Source: Candidatus Omnitrophota bacterium
Lineage (GTDB): Bacteria > Omnitrophota > Gorgyraeia > Gygaellales > Profunditerraquicolaceae
Direction of reading: 5' to 3'
Length of the DNA stretch: 64,000 bases
Assembly: GCA_030650425.1 (NCBI GenBank)
Contig: JAUSED010000012.1
Location: 64,905 to 128,904, forward strand
Shown here one piece after another: positions 19,774 to 29,705 of this stretch. The notes beneath the pieces are model-generated. The model was not told where the DNA came from, ran no database searches, and worked only from the letters and a program-made list of their open reading frames with translations. The number at the start of each line of letters is the position of its first letter. Position 1 is the stretch's first letter. Made by a program: the position numbers and the translations under genes.

Positions 19774-21193
19774 ATTCTAAATGGCGGTTTTCCGCCATAA
19801 ATTTGAAGTCGGAACTATAAGAAACAATTAGGGTTTTGTTATACAGCTTAAGGTTCGATACAATTTTTTGCAAAAAATCACGCTGGGCGTCGGGATTTGC
19901 CTCCGCTGCGATGTAACTGGCTTGGTGAGCAAGAGTTAGAAAGTTTTTGAAGTGTTCGAGCCAGTCCCCGTTACTGTCACCCTTTTCTGAAATATCGAAC
20001 TTCCTGCTAAACAATTCGGCTTTCTTCTGCTTATACTCTTCGTCGGTAATGATACCCTTTAGCGACATGTCCAAGAGCCGCTTTAGCTGGTCGTCAACCT
20101 CTTGCGTTTTCATTTCGCCGCTAATCCGGTTATGAACTTTTTCCGCTGCAAGGAACGCCCGCTCTCGCTCTAACTCTTTTATCATCCAGGCATAGGCATT
20201 GTCATCAAGCGCAACTTTCTCGATGGCCTCTTTGACTTGTTGGGCGAGATTTTCTTCTCTAAGAAAAACAGAAGACTGCTGGCAGGGATCGCGTTTTTTC
20301 GAGCAATGATAGTAGTGATGTCCTTTTTGAACCTCGGCTGTTATTTGGCAGCCACATTCAGCGCACCTTATAAACCCACGGAAGACAAAATAATGTTTCC
20401 TCTCGTAAGAAGGTTTGCTCCTGAATCTTAAAATCTCCTGCACCTTATCAAATAATTCTTTGTTTATAATAGGCGGGTGGCTGCCCTGGAAAATCTCGCC
20501 CTTATACACAAAGAGGCCAAGATAGAATTGATTCGTTAATATCCGGTGGACGTTACTGTACGAAAGCGGGCGCTTGGCTCTCTTGCTCACCAAGCCAGAC
20601 GCAGTCGCCAATTTTCTCAACTCATCAACCGTATATCTTCCTTCAGCGCACAAGGCATACAATCTCTGTACAAGGGGAGAGGCGAGGGGATCAACAGTTA
20701 TTTTACCTCTATCGTTTAAATACCCGATAGGCGCGAATGCGGGATATTCGCCAAGCCTTACCTTTTCGCGCAAGCCACGCTTAGTGTTTTCGCTTAGATT
20801 ATCAACGTAGTATTTACTCTGACCGAAAATAATATTGAGCATAAACTTGCCTTGTGCGCTGTTATCGAAGCGGTAAGTAGGGAAGCGAAGATCAAGGATA
20901 TCCCCGGTATCTACGAGATAGATAATTTTTCCGCCATCTATCGAGTTGCGCGCAAGTCTATCCGGATGCCAGGCGATGATGCCGGACGCCTCACCTTTCT
21001 CAATTCGTTTAATCATTTCGTCAAATATCGGGCGTCCGGGTGACTTAGCTGTCTTGGCTTCTTGAAATTCCTGAACTATTAAGAGGTTTTCTTTCTTGCC
21101 GTATTCGCGAACTTCGTTTAATTGCGACTGAATAGAGAGGACTTGCTTATCTTCTGTGTCGGTAGACTTGCGCGCATACAAGAAATATTTCAT
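19715..21193 (-). CDS. Large serine recombinase/integrase; last codons are antisense to tRNA-His
   Basis: YARKST catalytic Ser, DRLARN, recombinase domain (HPPII), Zn ribbon CAECG...YYHC, coiled coil; RBS AAGGAGG 7 nt before ATG 21193. Confidence 0.95.
   Translation of the reverse strand: MKYFLYARKSTDTEDKQVLSIQSQLNEVREYGKKENLLIVQEFQEAKTAKSPGRPIFDEMIKRIEKGEASGIIAWHPDRLARNSIDGGKIIYLVDTGDILDLRFPTYRFDNSAQGKFMLNIIFGQSKYYVDNLSENTKRGLREKVRLGEYPAFAPIGYLNDRGKITVDPLASPLVQRLYALCAEGRYTVDELRKLATASGLVSKRAKRPLSYSNVHRILTNQFYLGLFVYKGEIFQGSHPPIINKELFDKVQEILRFRSKPSYERKHYFVFRGFIRCAECGCQITAEVQKGHHYYHCSKKRDPCQQSSVFLREENLAQQVKEAIEKVALDDNAYAWMIKELERERAFLAAEKVHNRISGEMKTQEVDDQLKRLLDMSLKGIITDEEYKQKKAELFSRKFDISEKGDSNGDWLEHFKNFLTLAHQASYIAAEANPDAQRDFLQKIVSNLKLYNKTLIVSYSSDFKFMAENRHLELGWLTGIEPANLLSHSQTL
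19773..19902. repeat. 130-bp inverted repeat, left arm (inside integrase 3' end)
   Basis: Exact reverse complement of 21323-21452, checked base by base. Confidence 0.95.
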
Positions 21194-21322
21194 CTCCACA
21201 CCTCCTTAGAAAATTGGCGACTGCGTCCGTCAAGCATTTACGGAACTTATATCGCAGCGGGTCTGCTCAAAGAGCAGACAGTTATAAAATTTTGAGTCCT
21301 CAACAACTCAAAATTATTTAAC

Positions 21323-21452
21323 AGGCAAATCCCGACGCCCAGCGTGATTTTTTGCAAAAAATTGTATCGAACCTTAAGCTGTATAACAAAACCCTAATTG
21401 TTTCTTATAGTTCCGACTTCAAATTTATGGCGGAAAACCGCCATTTAGAATT
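21323..21452. repeat. 130-bp inverted repeat, right arm (silent copy of integrase 3' end)
   Basis: Exact reverse complement of 19773-19902; in-frame TAA just upstream (21319-21321), so not an independent ORF. Confidence 0.95.
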
Positions 21453-21537
21453 GGGGTCCTTGCTTTCTGGTAATCGAAAGATTTTTAGCTCCAAATATAC
21501 TTAATTTTTTCTCGTCTCTCTGAAACCCCTCTACTCC

Positions 21538-21713
21538 CCGGGGTAAAGCCCTAAGGAAACAGCTTAAAATGCACCGCGCCCACAAACAAATTCTTTCCCG
21601 GAAAGAACCTCTACTACTATATTATCGCCGCTCTGCCCCGCCCTTTAAGGTTACTGTATCTAATACCGGGGTAAAGCTGGTCTCTAAGGAAACAGCTTAA
21701 ATGCACCGCGCCC
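21538..21713. repeat. Imperfect ~45-bp direct repeat pair
   Basis: CCGGGGTAAAGC..CTAAGGAAACAGCTTAAA(A)TGCACCGCGCCC at 21538-21581 and 21666-21713. Confidence 0.85.
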
Positions 21714-22225
21714 TGGGGGGCGCTCCCACATTGAGCGTGCATTGGCGCTCGCTGGGCCGCTCGCTTCGAGCTAATTTTAGTGCGTGTGCGGCGCAGCTGT
21801 GGCTTGCGCCGGGCGGGGGCGGCGCAAGCCACAGCGTCCTCACCCGACATGCTGTTACAAGCTAAAAACAAAATTTTTTAGAGAGGTTCGTCCGCTATGC
21901 CGCTATTACTCCCCAAATACAGCTTTGGACGCGGCATTGCTGCGCCTCTCCCGATCAACACTTTAAAGCTCAAACATTGGGGCGGGCGTGGTGCTGCCTG
22001 TCCTCCGCAGGAGGAGGCACGTCCGCCCCACATCTACCCTTGGCTCCGGCAAAATTTGGTGCGGGCAAATTTTGCCTAACCCTTAAAACCATTAGCTCAA
22101 AGAAAGAACGAAAAAGAGATATTTTAAAAAGCACTTTTGGTGTATAATATTGCTTAATAATGATGGATTAAATATACTTTCCTGATAATGCTATCATAAT
22201 AATGCAACATAGTCAAGGGGGATTC

Positions 22226-22423
22226 ATGTTAGGTCAAAACATAAAAAAATTTAGAAAAAAGAAAAAATTGACGCAGGATACACTTGCTCGAATTGCAAAT
22301 ATCCCCTATACAAGCATAACGAAGATTGAAACTGGCGTAATAAAGAAGCCTTCTGTTCAGGCAGTTGCTAAAATAGCAAAGGCTTTAGGTATTTCAATAG
22401 ATGCATTAATGGAGGGAGTTTAA
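22226..22423 (+). CDS. XRE-family HTH regulator (possible RM controller protein)
   Basis: LGQNIKKFR..LTQDTLA..KIETG..PSVQAVAKIAKALG; RBS AGGGGG before ATG 22226. Confidence 0.9.
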   Translation: MLGQNIKKFRKKKKLTQDTLARIANIPYTSITKIETGVIKKPSVQAVAKIAKALGISIDALMEGV

Positions 22424-22454
22424 AAATAGGCATATTATACGAGGAGATAAAATT

Positions 22455-24392
22455 ATGCAAAATTTAATCGATGACTTGCTGAAGTTATTAAAAAAAGACG
22501 AGCGTCTTGTTTCGCAAGATGGCGTACTTTTAAAAAATCAAACACAGGAATTGGCGCGCAAAAATGATCCCCAGCTCATAAAACTTTTGCTTTCTGATAA
22601 AGCCATAAAACAGCACTTCTTTTTTGAAGTCGAAAAGGCTCTGATTTTTGATAAAGAAAAATTCGTCCGCTTTGTATCCAATAAACAGTTTTTACCGGAT
22701 TCATATACCACATTTTCTCAAAATATTGGACTATTGCACGAAGATGGAAGGATGTTCAGAGAAATTAATGCTGAAAAAGAAGTTGTTTTGGTTTGGCCTT
22801 ACAAGGATTGTATTTTGGAAGGCGGGATGACCAAAGAAGACCTAAAGCGCGATGAGATTTTTTATAACGAAACCTTGGCGCCGGATGACATTAACCGCTT
22901 GATGGATGCCAAAGTTTTCACCGATTTCAAACGGATAGACAAAAAGGGCGAGCATAAACTGGACGGCTTCAAGCGTGATGAAAGAGGTACAATTAAAGAC
23001 AATTTGATTATTAAAGGAAATAACCTTCTTGCACTTGCTTCGCTTAAAAAAGAATTCGCAGGGAAAGTGAAATTGATTTACATTGATCCGCCATATAATA
23101 CCGGAGGTGCCGTTGATACCTTTACATACAACAATGACTTTGATCACTCCACGTGGTTAGTTTTTATGAAAAATAGGCTTGAAATAGCCAAATCATTTCT
23201 GAGAGAGGATGGATTTATTGCAATTACTATCGATCACGAGGAATTATATTATTTAGGCGCATTAGCCGATGAAGTATTTCGTAGAGAAAATCGGGTTGGT
23301 TTAGTCACAATCTATATAAATCCAAAAGGAAGACAGCATGAGAAGTTCTTTTCTGCTGCGACTGAATACATGCTTATATATGCGAAAAATAAAGTTAGTG
23401 CGAAATTTAATAAAATTACGCTAGATGATGAGATAGCCGAAACTTTTGATTTTTCTGATGATGATGGGGATTATCGCTTGGAAAAATTTATTAGAGCAAG
23501 AACTAGTACGTCGAGAAAAAATAAGCCGGATTTTTATTATCCGATTTATGTAAGTAACGATCTGAAGGATATTACGCTCATTAAGAAACCTGGCTATAAG
23601 GCGGTATTTCCTATCCAAAATGGTGTTGAATACTCTTGGAAAACTATTTCCAAGACATTTGATGAGCGAAATATAAACGGCTTTTTTGTTGCCAAAAAGG
23701 AACAAGGCGAAATTGTTATTTATCATAAATACTACGAACAGCAGGTTTTAAAGAACCTATGGACTGATAAAAAGTATTTTCCTGAATTTCAGGGAACAAA
23801 CTTGTTAAAAAAACTTTTGGGGGCGAACCTGTTTAGTTATCCTAAATCTTTGTATGCGGTGGTAGACACATTAAAGATTATGACCAGCGGAAATGATATT
23901 GTTATGGATTTTTTTGCAGGCTCAGGCACCACTGGGCACGCAACCCTAGCGTTAAACGAGGAAGATGAACAACAGAGGCAATTCATTTTGGTTGAACAAT
24001 TAGATAGACATATTGATGTTTGTATAAAAAGAATAAAAAAAGTCTTGGAACAAAGCACAAAACAGAACAACTTCATATATATGGGGCTCGCAAAATGGAA
24101 CGAGGATTGGATAGAAAAAATAGAAAAAGCTAAGACCGGAAAAGAGCTTGCCAAACTTTGGGACGAGATGAAAGAAATCGCCTTTTTGAGCTACAAAGTT
24201 GATCCAAAAACAGTTGATGCAAATTCCAAAGAATTCGCAGATTTGGGGATTACCGACCAAAAGAAGTTTTTGGTTGAATGCTTGGATAAAAATCAGCTTT
24301 ATATCAATTTGAGCGAGATTGAGGATAAAGAATACGGGGTGAGCAAAGATGATAAAGATCTGAATAAGAGCTTTTATAATGGGAAACAATGA
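22455..24392 (+). CDS. mod: Type III restriction-modification methyltransferase
   Basis: IYIDPPYNTG, DFFAGSGTTG, central target recognition domain. Confidence 0.93.
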   Translation: MQNLIDDLLKLLKKDERLVSQDGVLLKNQTQELARKNDPQLIKLLLSDKAIKQHFFFEVEKALIFDKEKFVRFVSNKQFLPDSYTTFSQNIGLLHEDGRMFREINAEKEVVLVWPYKDCILEGGMTKEDLKRDEIFYNETLAPDDINRLMDAKVFTDFKRIDKKGEHKLDGFKRDERGTIKDNLIIKGNNLLALASLKKEFAGKVKLIYIDPPYNTGGAVDTFTYNNDFDHSTWLVFMKNRLEIAKSFLREDGFIAITIDHEELYYLGALADEVFRRENRVGLVTIYINPKGRQHEKFFSAATEYMLIYAKNKVSAKFNKITLDDEIAETFDFSDDDGDYRLEKFIRARTSTSRKNKPDFYYPIYVSNDLKDITLIKKPGYKAVFPIQNGVEYSWKTISKTFDERNINGFFVAKKEQGEIVIYHKYYEQQVLKNLWTDKKYFPEFQGTNLLKKLLGANLFSYPKSLYAVVDTLKIMTSGNDIVMDFFAGSGTTGHATLALNEEDEQQRQFILVEQLDRHIDVCIKRIKKVLEQSTKQNNFIYMGLAKWNEDWIEKIEKAKTGKELAKLWDEMKEIAFLSYKVDPKTVDANSKEFADLGITDQKKFLVECLDKNQLYINLSEIEDKEYGVSKDDKDLNKSFYNGKQ

Positions 24393-27300
24393 TGTTATAT
24401 GACGAATTTAATACATATAAAAATTTTGCCGGTGCCGATGTTTTCAAAAATAAGGCGTTAGCAAAATCGGAGATTTTGAAAAGTATCAATCCGGCTTTTC
24501 CTGCGCGTGAATACCAGAAGGAAACGCTGGGACGGTTTTATTATTATTGTGAAGAATATCACCAAAAACAAAAGCCGATCCATTTGATGTTTAATATGGC
24601 GACCGGTTCGGGCAAGACGCTCATCATGGCGGCCAATATTCTATATTTATATCAAAAAGGCTATCGTAATTTCATTTTTTTCACCCGCCTTGGCAATATC
24701 ATCCAAAAGACGAAAGCCAATTTTCTCGATCCGACTTCTAAGAAATATCTCTTTGCCGACAAAATAGTATTTGGCGGGAAAGAAGTAAAAATCAATGAAG
24801 TAGATAATTTTGAGGGCGTCAGTGATGAGGACATAAGCGTTATTTTTTCTACCACATCGCTTTTACACTCTCGTTTTAATTACGCCCGCGAAAATGTTTT
24901 AACTTACGAAGATTTTGAGGATAAGAAAATTGTGTTGATTGCCGATGAAGCGCATAACTTGTCAGCGGAAACAAACGGTAAGATTAGCAAAACTGATGAA
25001 GAAGACCGCCGAAATTGGGAAAACACAGTAATGCGGATTTTGAACGCCAACAGCCAAAAAGACAATGTGCTTTTGGAATTTACGGCTACTGCCCGGCTTG
25101 AACAGGAATACCCGGAAATCATTGAAAAATATAAAGACAAGGCAATTTATCGGTACGATCTTAAAGAATATCGCTTGGACGGATTTTCAAAAGATGTGCG
25201 AACGTTACAGATTGATGCGCCGATTATGGAGCGAGTGCTTTCGGCGGTGATTATTTCACAGTACCGTTTAAAAATAGCGGGAAAGCACAAAATCGCATTA
25301 AAGCCGGTAGTTATGTTTAAGGCCAATAGGGTAAGTATTCCCAAGGAAGGAATATCTAAAGCGTATAATCCGCAAATTGTCGTTTCAAGTATTTTTAAGG
25401 ATTCTTTTCACAAGCTTATTGCCGGGCTCAATGAAAAAGCAATTCAACAGCAAGCCAAAATCAAAGATGACACATTACAAAAGGTTTTTCGATTCTTCAA
25501 AGAGCAAAAAATCTCACTATCTAATTTGGCGGAAGAAATCAAAAATGATTTTGCGCCTGAAAAATGTATAACAGTTGATGATGATAAAGATTTGGAGCAA
25601 AAACAACTTCTGTTGAATTCACTGGAGGATCGAAATAATGAAATTCGAGCGGTTTTTGCTACTGAAAAATTAAACGAAGGTTGGGATGTTCTCAACCTTT
25701 TTGATATTGTCCGTCTTTACAATAGCCGTGACGCTAAAGGCAATAAGCCGGGGAAAACGACGGTTCAGGAAGCACAGCTGATTGGGCGAGGAGCAAGATA
25801 CTATCCATTTACGATTGCGGATTTTACTGATCCATATCGCCGAAAATATGATGCTGATACACAAAATGAGCTTCGGATTTTAGAACAGCTTTATTATCAT
25901 AGCGTTACCAATACCAGATATATTCAAGAGCTAGAAACTGTCCTAGTCCGTGAAGGCATTATTCCTTCTCGAACAGTGCAAAAAGAAATAAGAATAAAAG
26001 CCGATTTTAAACTTAGCGATTTTTGGAAGGAAGGATACATTTTCTTAAATTCACGCAAGCAAAATTTGGGTAAGGATATTTTTGCGCTTTCGGACGCCAA
26101 AGCGGTATTTGATTACAATGCCGAAAGCAATATTTTTCAATTACCGACAAGAGAAGCAATTGAAAAAGATTTATTCGTTGCTGGCGCTGGTGTTGGAGAA
26201 AAAGCTAAGATAGAAATCAAGGAATTTAGACTCATTGACTTAGGAAGGCATGTCATTCGCACTGCTTTGATGAAGATACCTTCTGGGCAATTTAACGAGT
26301 TAAGCAAGATATTCGGCAATATAGAATCTGCGAAAGATTTTATTTCAAACGAAAAATACCTTGGTGGAGTCAAAATAAAAGTCAAGGGCACAAGTGAGCA
26401 GGTAGCGAATCTTCTGCAGGTTGAAAAATTAAGCATTGCCGGATTTGTGGTTGATAAAGTGCTAATAATTGCAACTAAAGAGAAAAAAGAATACTACGGG
26501 ACAAATGAATTTAAGGCTCATTTGGTCCAGAAGATATTTGAAAACGATAAAGTGCTCCAGTTGGACAGTGAAAGCCCGAGAGCGCAAAATATGCGGGATT
26601 TCGATTTTGATAATAAGGAATGGTTTGCGCAAAACGAAATCTGGGGGACTAGCGAGGAAGAGGCATTTTTGCGATTTATTGATGAGGCAATAGCCAAACT
26701 ACAGAAGAAATATCAAGATATTGCCTTGCTCCGCAATGAGCAGTTTTTCAAAATTTACAGCTTTGAAAATGGCGAGCCATTTTATCCGGATTTTGTTTTG
26801 TTTTTGACCGAGAAGAAGACGAAGCAAGAAGTTATGTATCAAATATTTATTGAGCCCAAAGGCGACCAATTCTTGGATGCGCAGAACACCTTTGAACAAT
26901 CTAAAGAAAGCTGGAAGCAAAAATTGCTTCTTGAAATAGAAAATAATCATACTGTTGATTTAAAAATAGAAAACAAGGATTTTCGTTTAATAGGCTTGCC
27001 TTTTTATAATAAGCAATTGCAGGAGAAGTTTAGCGAGGCTTTTGAGCGATTTGTTGATTCGCCCAGACAGGAGAAATCGGATTTATTCTTTAGCGATGTT
27101 ATTCCGGAATCAACTTACTCAGAAGGCTATCTCCCAATTTGCGATCTTCAGGCAGTAGCAACTTCTTTCCGAGAGCAAAAGACTCCTACGATTAAAGGCT
27201 GGAAGCCCGCGAAGAAGAAGTATACAGAGGGTTATTTTATCGCTCAGGTCATAGGCAAATCTATGGAATCGACCATACCTGACGGAAGCTGGTGTTTGTT

Positions 27301-27562
27301 CCGGCCAGACCAAGGCGGTTCGCGTAATGGCAAAATTGTGTTAGCTGAATCACGCAGGGTAACTGATCCCGAAACCCAGCAAAGTTTTACCATCAAGAGG
27401 TATAGAAGCGAAAAGAGGCAGTTTAAGGATGAAACGTGGATCCACACCAAAATAACTCTTTCCCCGGACAATAAAGAATTCAAAGATATCGTCCTAAAAA
27501 ATGTTCGTGAAGATGAATTCCACATAGCGGCGGAGTTTGTGGAGGTCTTGTCAAAAGAATAG
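24389..27562 (+). CDS. res: Type III restriction enzyme Res with C-terminal S24-peptidase-like domain
   Basis: MATGSGKT, DEAH, EGWD, QLIGRGAR, PDF..EPKG nuclease; tail GKSMESTIPDG...FTIKRY. Confidence 0.9.
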   Translation: MMLYDEFNTYKNFAGADVFKNKALAKSEILKSINPAFPAREYQKETLGRFYYYCEEYHQKQKPIHLMFNMATGSGKTLIMAANILYLYQKGYRNFIFFTRLGNIIQKTKANFLDPTSKKYLFADKIVFGGKEVKINEVDNFEGVSDEDISVIFSTTSLLHSRFNYARENVLTYEDFEDKKIVLIADEAHNLSAETNGKISKTDEEDRRNWENTVMRILNANSQKDNVLLEFTATARLEQEYPEIIEKYKDKAIYRYDLKEYRLDGFSKDVRTLQIDAPIMERVLSAVIISQYRLKIAGKHKIALKPVVMFKANRVSIPKEGISKAYNPQIVVSSIFKDSFHKLIAGLNEKAIQQQAKIKDDTLQKVFRFFKEQKISLSNLAEEIKNDFAPEKCITVDDDKDLEQKQLLLNSLEDRNNEIRAVFATEKLNEGWDVLNLFDIVRLYNSRDAKGNKPGKTTVQEAQLIGRGARYYPFTIADFTDPYRRKYDADTQNELRILEQLYYHSVTNTRYIQELETVLVREGIIPSRTVQKEIRIKADFKLSDFWKEGYIFLNSRKQNLGKDIFALSDAKAVFDYNAESNIFQLPTREAIEKDLFVAGAGVGEKAKIEIKEFRLIDLGRHVIRTALMKIPSGQFNELSKIFGNIESAKDFISNEKYLGGVKIKVKGTSEQVANLLQVEKLSIAGFVVDKVLIIATKEKKEYYGTNEFKAHLVQKIFENDKVLQLDSESPRAQNMRDFDFDNKEWFAQNEIWGTSEEEAFLRFIDEAIAKLQKKYQDIALLRNEQFFKIYSFENGEPFYPDFVLFLTEKKTKQEVMYQIFIEPKGDQFLDAQNTFEQSKESWKQKLLLEIENNHTVDLKIENKDFRLIGLPFYNKQLQEKFSEAFERFVDSPRQEKSDLFFSDVIPESTYSEGYLPICDLQAVATSFREQKTPTIKGWKPAKKKYTEGYFIAQVIGKSMESTIPDGSWCLFRPDQGGSRNGKIVLAESRRVTDPETQQSFTIKRYRSEKRQFKDETWIHTKITLSPDNKEFKDIVLKNVREDEFHIAAEFVEVLSKE

Positions 27563-27639
27563 ATCAATTTTTTAACGTCAAGTGAAGAGCGTAATAGTGG
27601 GTCACGGGTATTGTATTTTGCATAATTGAGTCGGTTCAA

Positions 27640-28482
27640 ATGGAAATAATTCTAAACATAGTATCGGGTGGTCTTTCAGGCGCATTGTTAGTGTGGCTTT
27701 TGCGCCACTGGATTTCTGAGCGCATAAAAGAAAGCATAAAACACGAGTATGCGCAAAGACTTGAAGCATATAAGGCTGAACTTAATGCCAATATCCAGTC
27801 AGTGTTACATGAACAGCAACTATATCAACTTCGAACGTCTCTTTTTTTTGAACACCAGCGGCTGGCGTTCGCTTCTATCCTTAGCCAGATTGCTGAAACT
27901 AAGCAAAAATGGTTTGAAACTGGATATGATTCAGAGTTGGGGTGGCAAGAGCAGGTTCCAGTACCTACTGGGGAATACGATAAACTGAAAAAGGCATATT
28001 ATGATCATCAGCTTTTTTTAGATCAGGATTGTATTTTTGCGCTTGATTTAGTTCTTGAAGCAATGAGCGATTCATTCCCAGTTCAAGAGGGGGATGGTAC
28101 ATTGCATCATAGAGACTGCGAAGAGCCTTATGAGCGCTTGGTGTTCTTGCAAGAACGAGTTGCTCTGCTTTTTCAGGAAAAAATAGGGCTCAGAGTGTCG
28201 CAAGAAATAAAGACGGAGCTTGCTCTTTTAGGGGCAATCAGATTGCTCAATCGTTATCATTTTAAGGATATAGATCTGCCGGTTAAAGGGCCTTTGAAAT
28301 TGACTGCCGAAGATAAAGCTTTTGATGCTGTGATTAAGGCAGAAAAAAATAAAGCGGAATTGGTTTCAAAGTTAACTGAATTTAGAAATCATCTGGAGAA
28401 GGAAGGTTTCTTTCATGATGCATGGGAAATGGCAACCCGATGCCTTAATCTCCTTTCTGCCACAAAGAAAATTCCTACATAA
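27640..28482 (+). CDS. Hypothetical protein, N-terminal TM plus coiled coil
   Basis: 280-aa ORF, hydrophobic N-terminus, ERIKESIKHEY..LE coiled coil. Confidence 0.7.
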   Translation: MEIILNIVSGGLSGALLVWLLRHWISERIKESIKHEYAQRLEAYKAELNANIQSVLHEQQLYQLRTSLFFEHQRLAFASILSQIAETKQKWFETGYDSELGWQEQVPVPTGEYDKLKKAYYDHQLFLDQDCIFALDLVLEAMSDSFPVQEGDGTLHHRDCEEPYERLVFLQERVALLFQEKIGLRVSQEIKTELALLGAIRLLNRYHFKDIDLPVKGPLKLTAEDKAFDAVIKAEKNKAELVSKLTEFRNHLEKEGFFHDAWEMATRCLNLLSATKKIPT

Positions 28483-28490
28483 CAAAAACA

Positions 28491-28558
28491 TTGACAAAGC
28501 AGGACAAATAATGTATATTTTAAGTAGAGAATATTATAAATGTCCCAAATCGAGGACA
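28491..28558 (+). promoter_or_regulatory. sigma70 promoter and candidate operator for the HTH-peptidase operon
   Basis: TTGACA-17-TATATT; inverted repeat TGTCC...GGACA (28541-28558) and an extra GGACA in the spacer. Confidence 0.65.
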
Positions 28559-28565
28559 AATTAAA

Positions 28566-29705
28566 ATGGATAGATTGATTATTATAGGCGAGCGCCTCAA
28601 ACGCGCTCGCGAATCGTTGGGATTAACTCAAGAAGATGTGGCCGCCAAGCTTGAGATTGGCAGGCCTCGTTATTCTGATATTGAAAACGGTAAAAGGGAC
28701 GTTCCGTTAAAAGATCTCTACCGGTTTGCTGAATTTTACGGACGTCCGATCGATTATTTCGTTAAAGAAACCTTATTGACTGATAGCGGGTTCAAAGTTC
28801 TTTTCAGGAAGACCGAAGGCGACGAAGAAGTTGCTCGAGTTGTTACTGAATTTGAAAATCTATGTGAGAAAATGTGCGAGCTTGAGAATATATCAGGCGT
28901 TACAGTCCGGCCGCCAGTCAGTCAGGATTATCAATTTGAACGGAATAGAGAATGGTATTGGGGCAAGCATTACGCGGATATTGAAAGAAAACAACTTGAT
29001 CTCGGCCAAGCCCCACTGCGAAATTTAAGCCAGCTTCTCGAAGAGAAACGCGGCCTTAAGATTTTTTATCTGCCTATCCCGCCTGAACGCGGCGTTTACG
29101 GAATGTTTACTTATGATCAGAAGATGGGCGGATGCGTTCTTATTAATTCAAATCCGAATTTTGGCAATCAGCTTTTTTCGCTCGCGCATGAATACGCTCA
29201 TTTTGTGTTCCATAAAGAGAAGTTGGGTATTATTTCGACGGAGCAAGAGAGAAACTCAACAGATGAGAAAGTCGCGAATAGTTTCGCAAGCAATTTCCTA
29301 ATACCGGAAGATACCTTGCGCGATCTTTTTAGTATGAGAATCAAGGAAGATGATGATGTTAAGTCGGAAGATGTTATTTATCTTGCGGATTATTTCGGAG
29401 TTAGCTTTACCGCAATGGTATATCGCCTTAATAATTTAAAACTTATTACAGATAAGATTAAAGATGAACTTATAAATTATACTTGGGTAACCTCCGTTCG
29501 TGAATCGATGGGGATATCTGAGCCGGAGCGTAGCAGATCGAAATTTCCTACCCTTTACCTGCATCTCGCCATTAAGGCCTTTCAACAGGGGAAATTAACT
29601 ACTGCCAAACTCGCCGACTTCCTGGAAATTCCTCTTTATCAAGCGATGGATCTGGGGAGAAAATTAAGAGGGAGTATTCAGGATGGGCCCGGCGACTCTG
29701 TTTAA
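28566..29705 (+). CDS. XRE-HTH + ImmA/IrrE (M78) Zn metallopeptidase
   Basis: N-terminal HTH, FSLAHEYAH, EKVANSFASNFLIP. Confidence 0.92.
   Translation: MDRLIIIGERLKRARESLGLTQEDVAAKLEIGRPRYSDIENGKRDVPLKDLYRFAEFYGRPIDYFVKETLLTDSGFKVLFRKTEGDEEVARVVTEFENLCEKMCELENISGVTVRPPVSQDYQFERNREWYWGKHYADIERKQLDLGQAPLRNLSQLLEEKRGLKIFYLPIPPERGVYGMFTYDQKMGGCVLINSNPNFGNQLFSLAHEYAHFVFHKEKLGIISTEQERNSTDEKVANSFASNFLIPEDTLRDLFSMRIKEDDDVKSEDVIYLADYFGVSFTAMVYRLNNLKLITDKIKDELINYTWVTSVRESMGISEPERSRSKFPTLYLHLAIKAFQQGKLTTAKLADFLEIPLYQAMDLGRKLRGSIQDGPGDSV

Noticed and set aside
19773-21452. Diversity-generating retroelement template/variable repeat, or IS terminal inverted repeats
   Set aside because: Arms are identical with no adenine-specific mismatches, there is no reverse transcriptase, one arm is coding, and no target duplication is seen
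21538-21713. CRISPR mini-array
   Set aside because: Only two unequal repeats with an ~84-bp spacer and no cas genes
21617-22079. Short ORFs at 21617, 21784 and 21897
   Set aside because: Low-complexity Ala/Arg/Pro translations of GC-rich hairpins with no RBS or motifs
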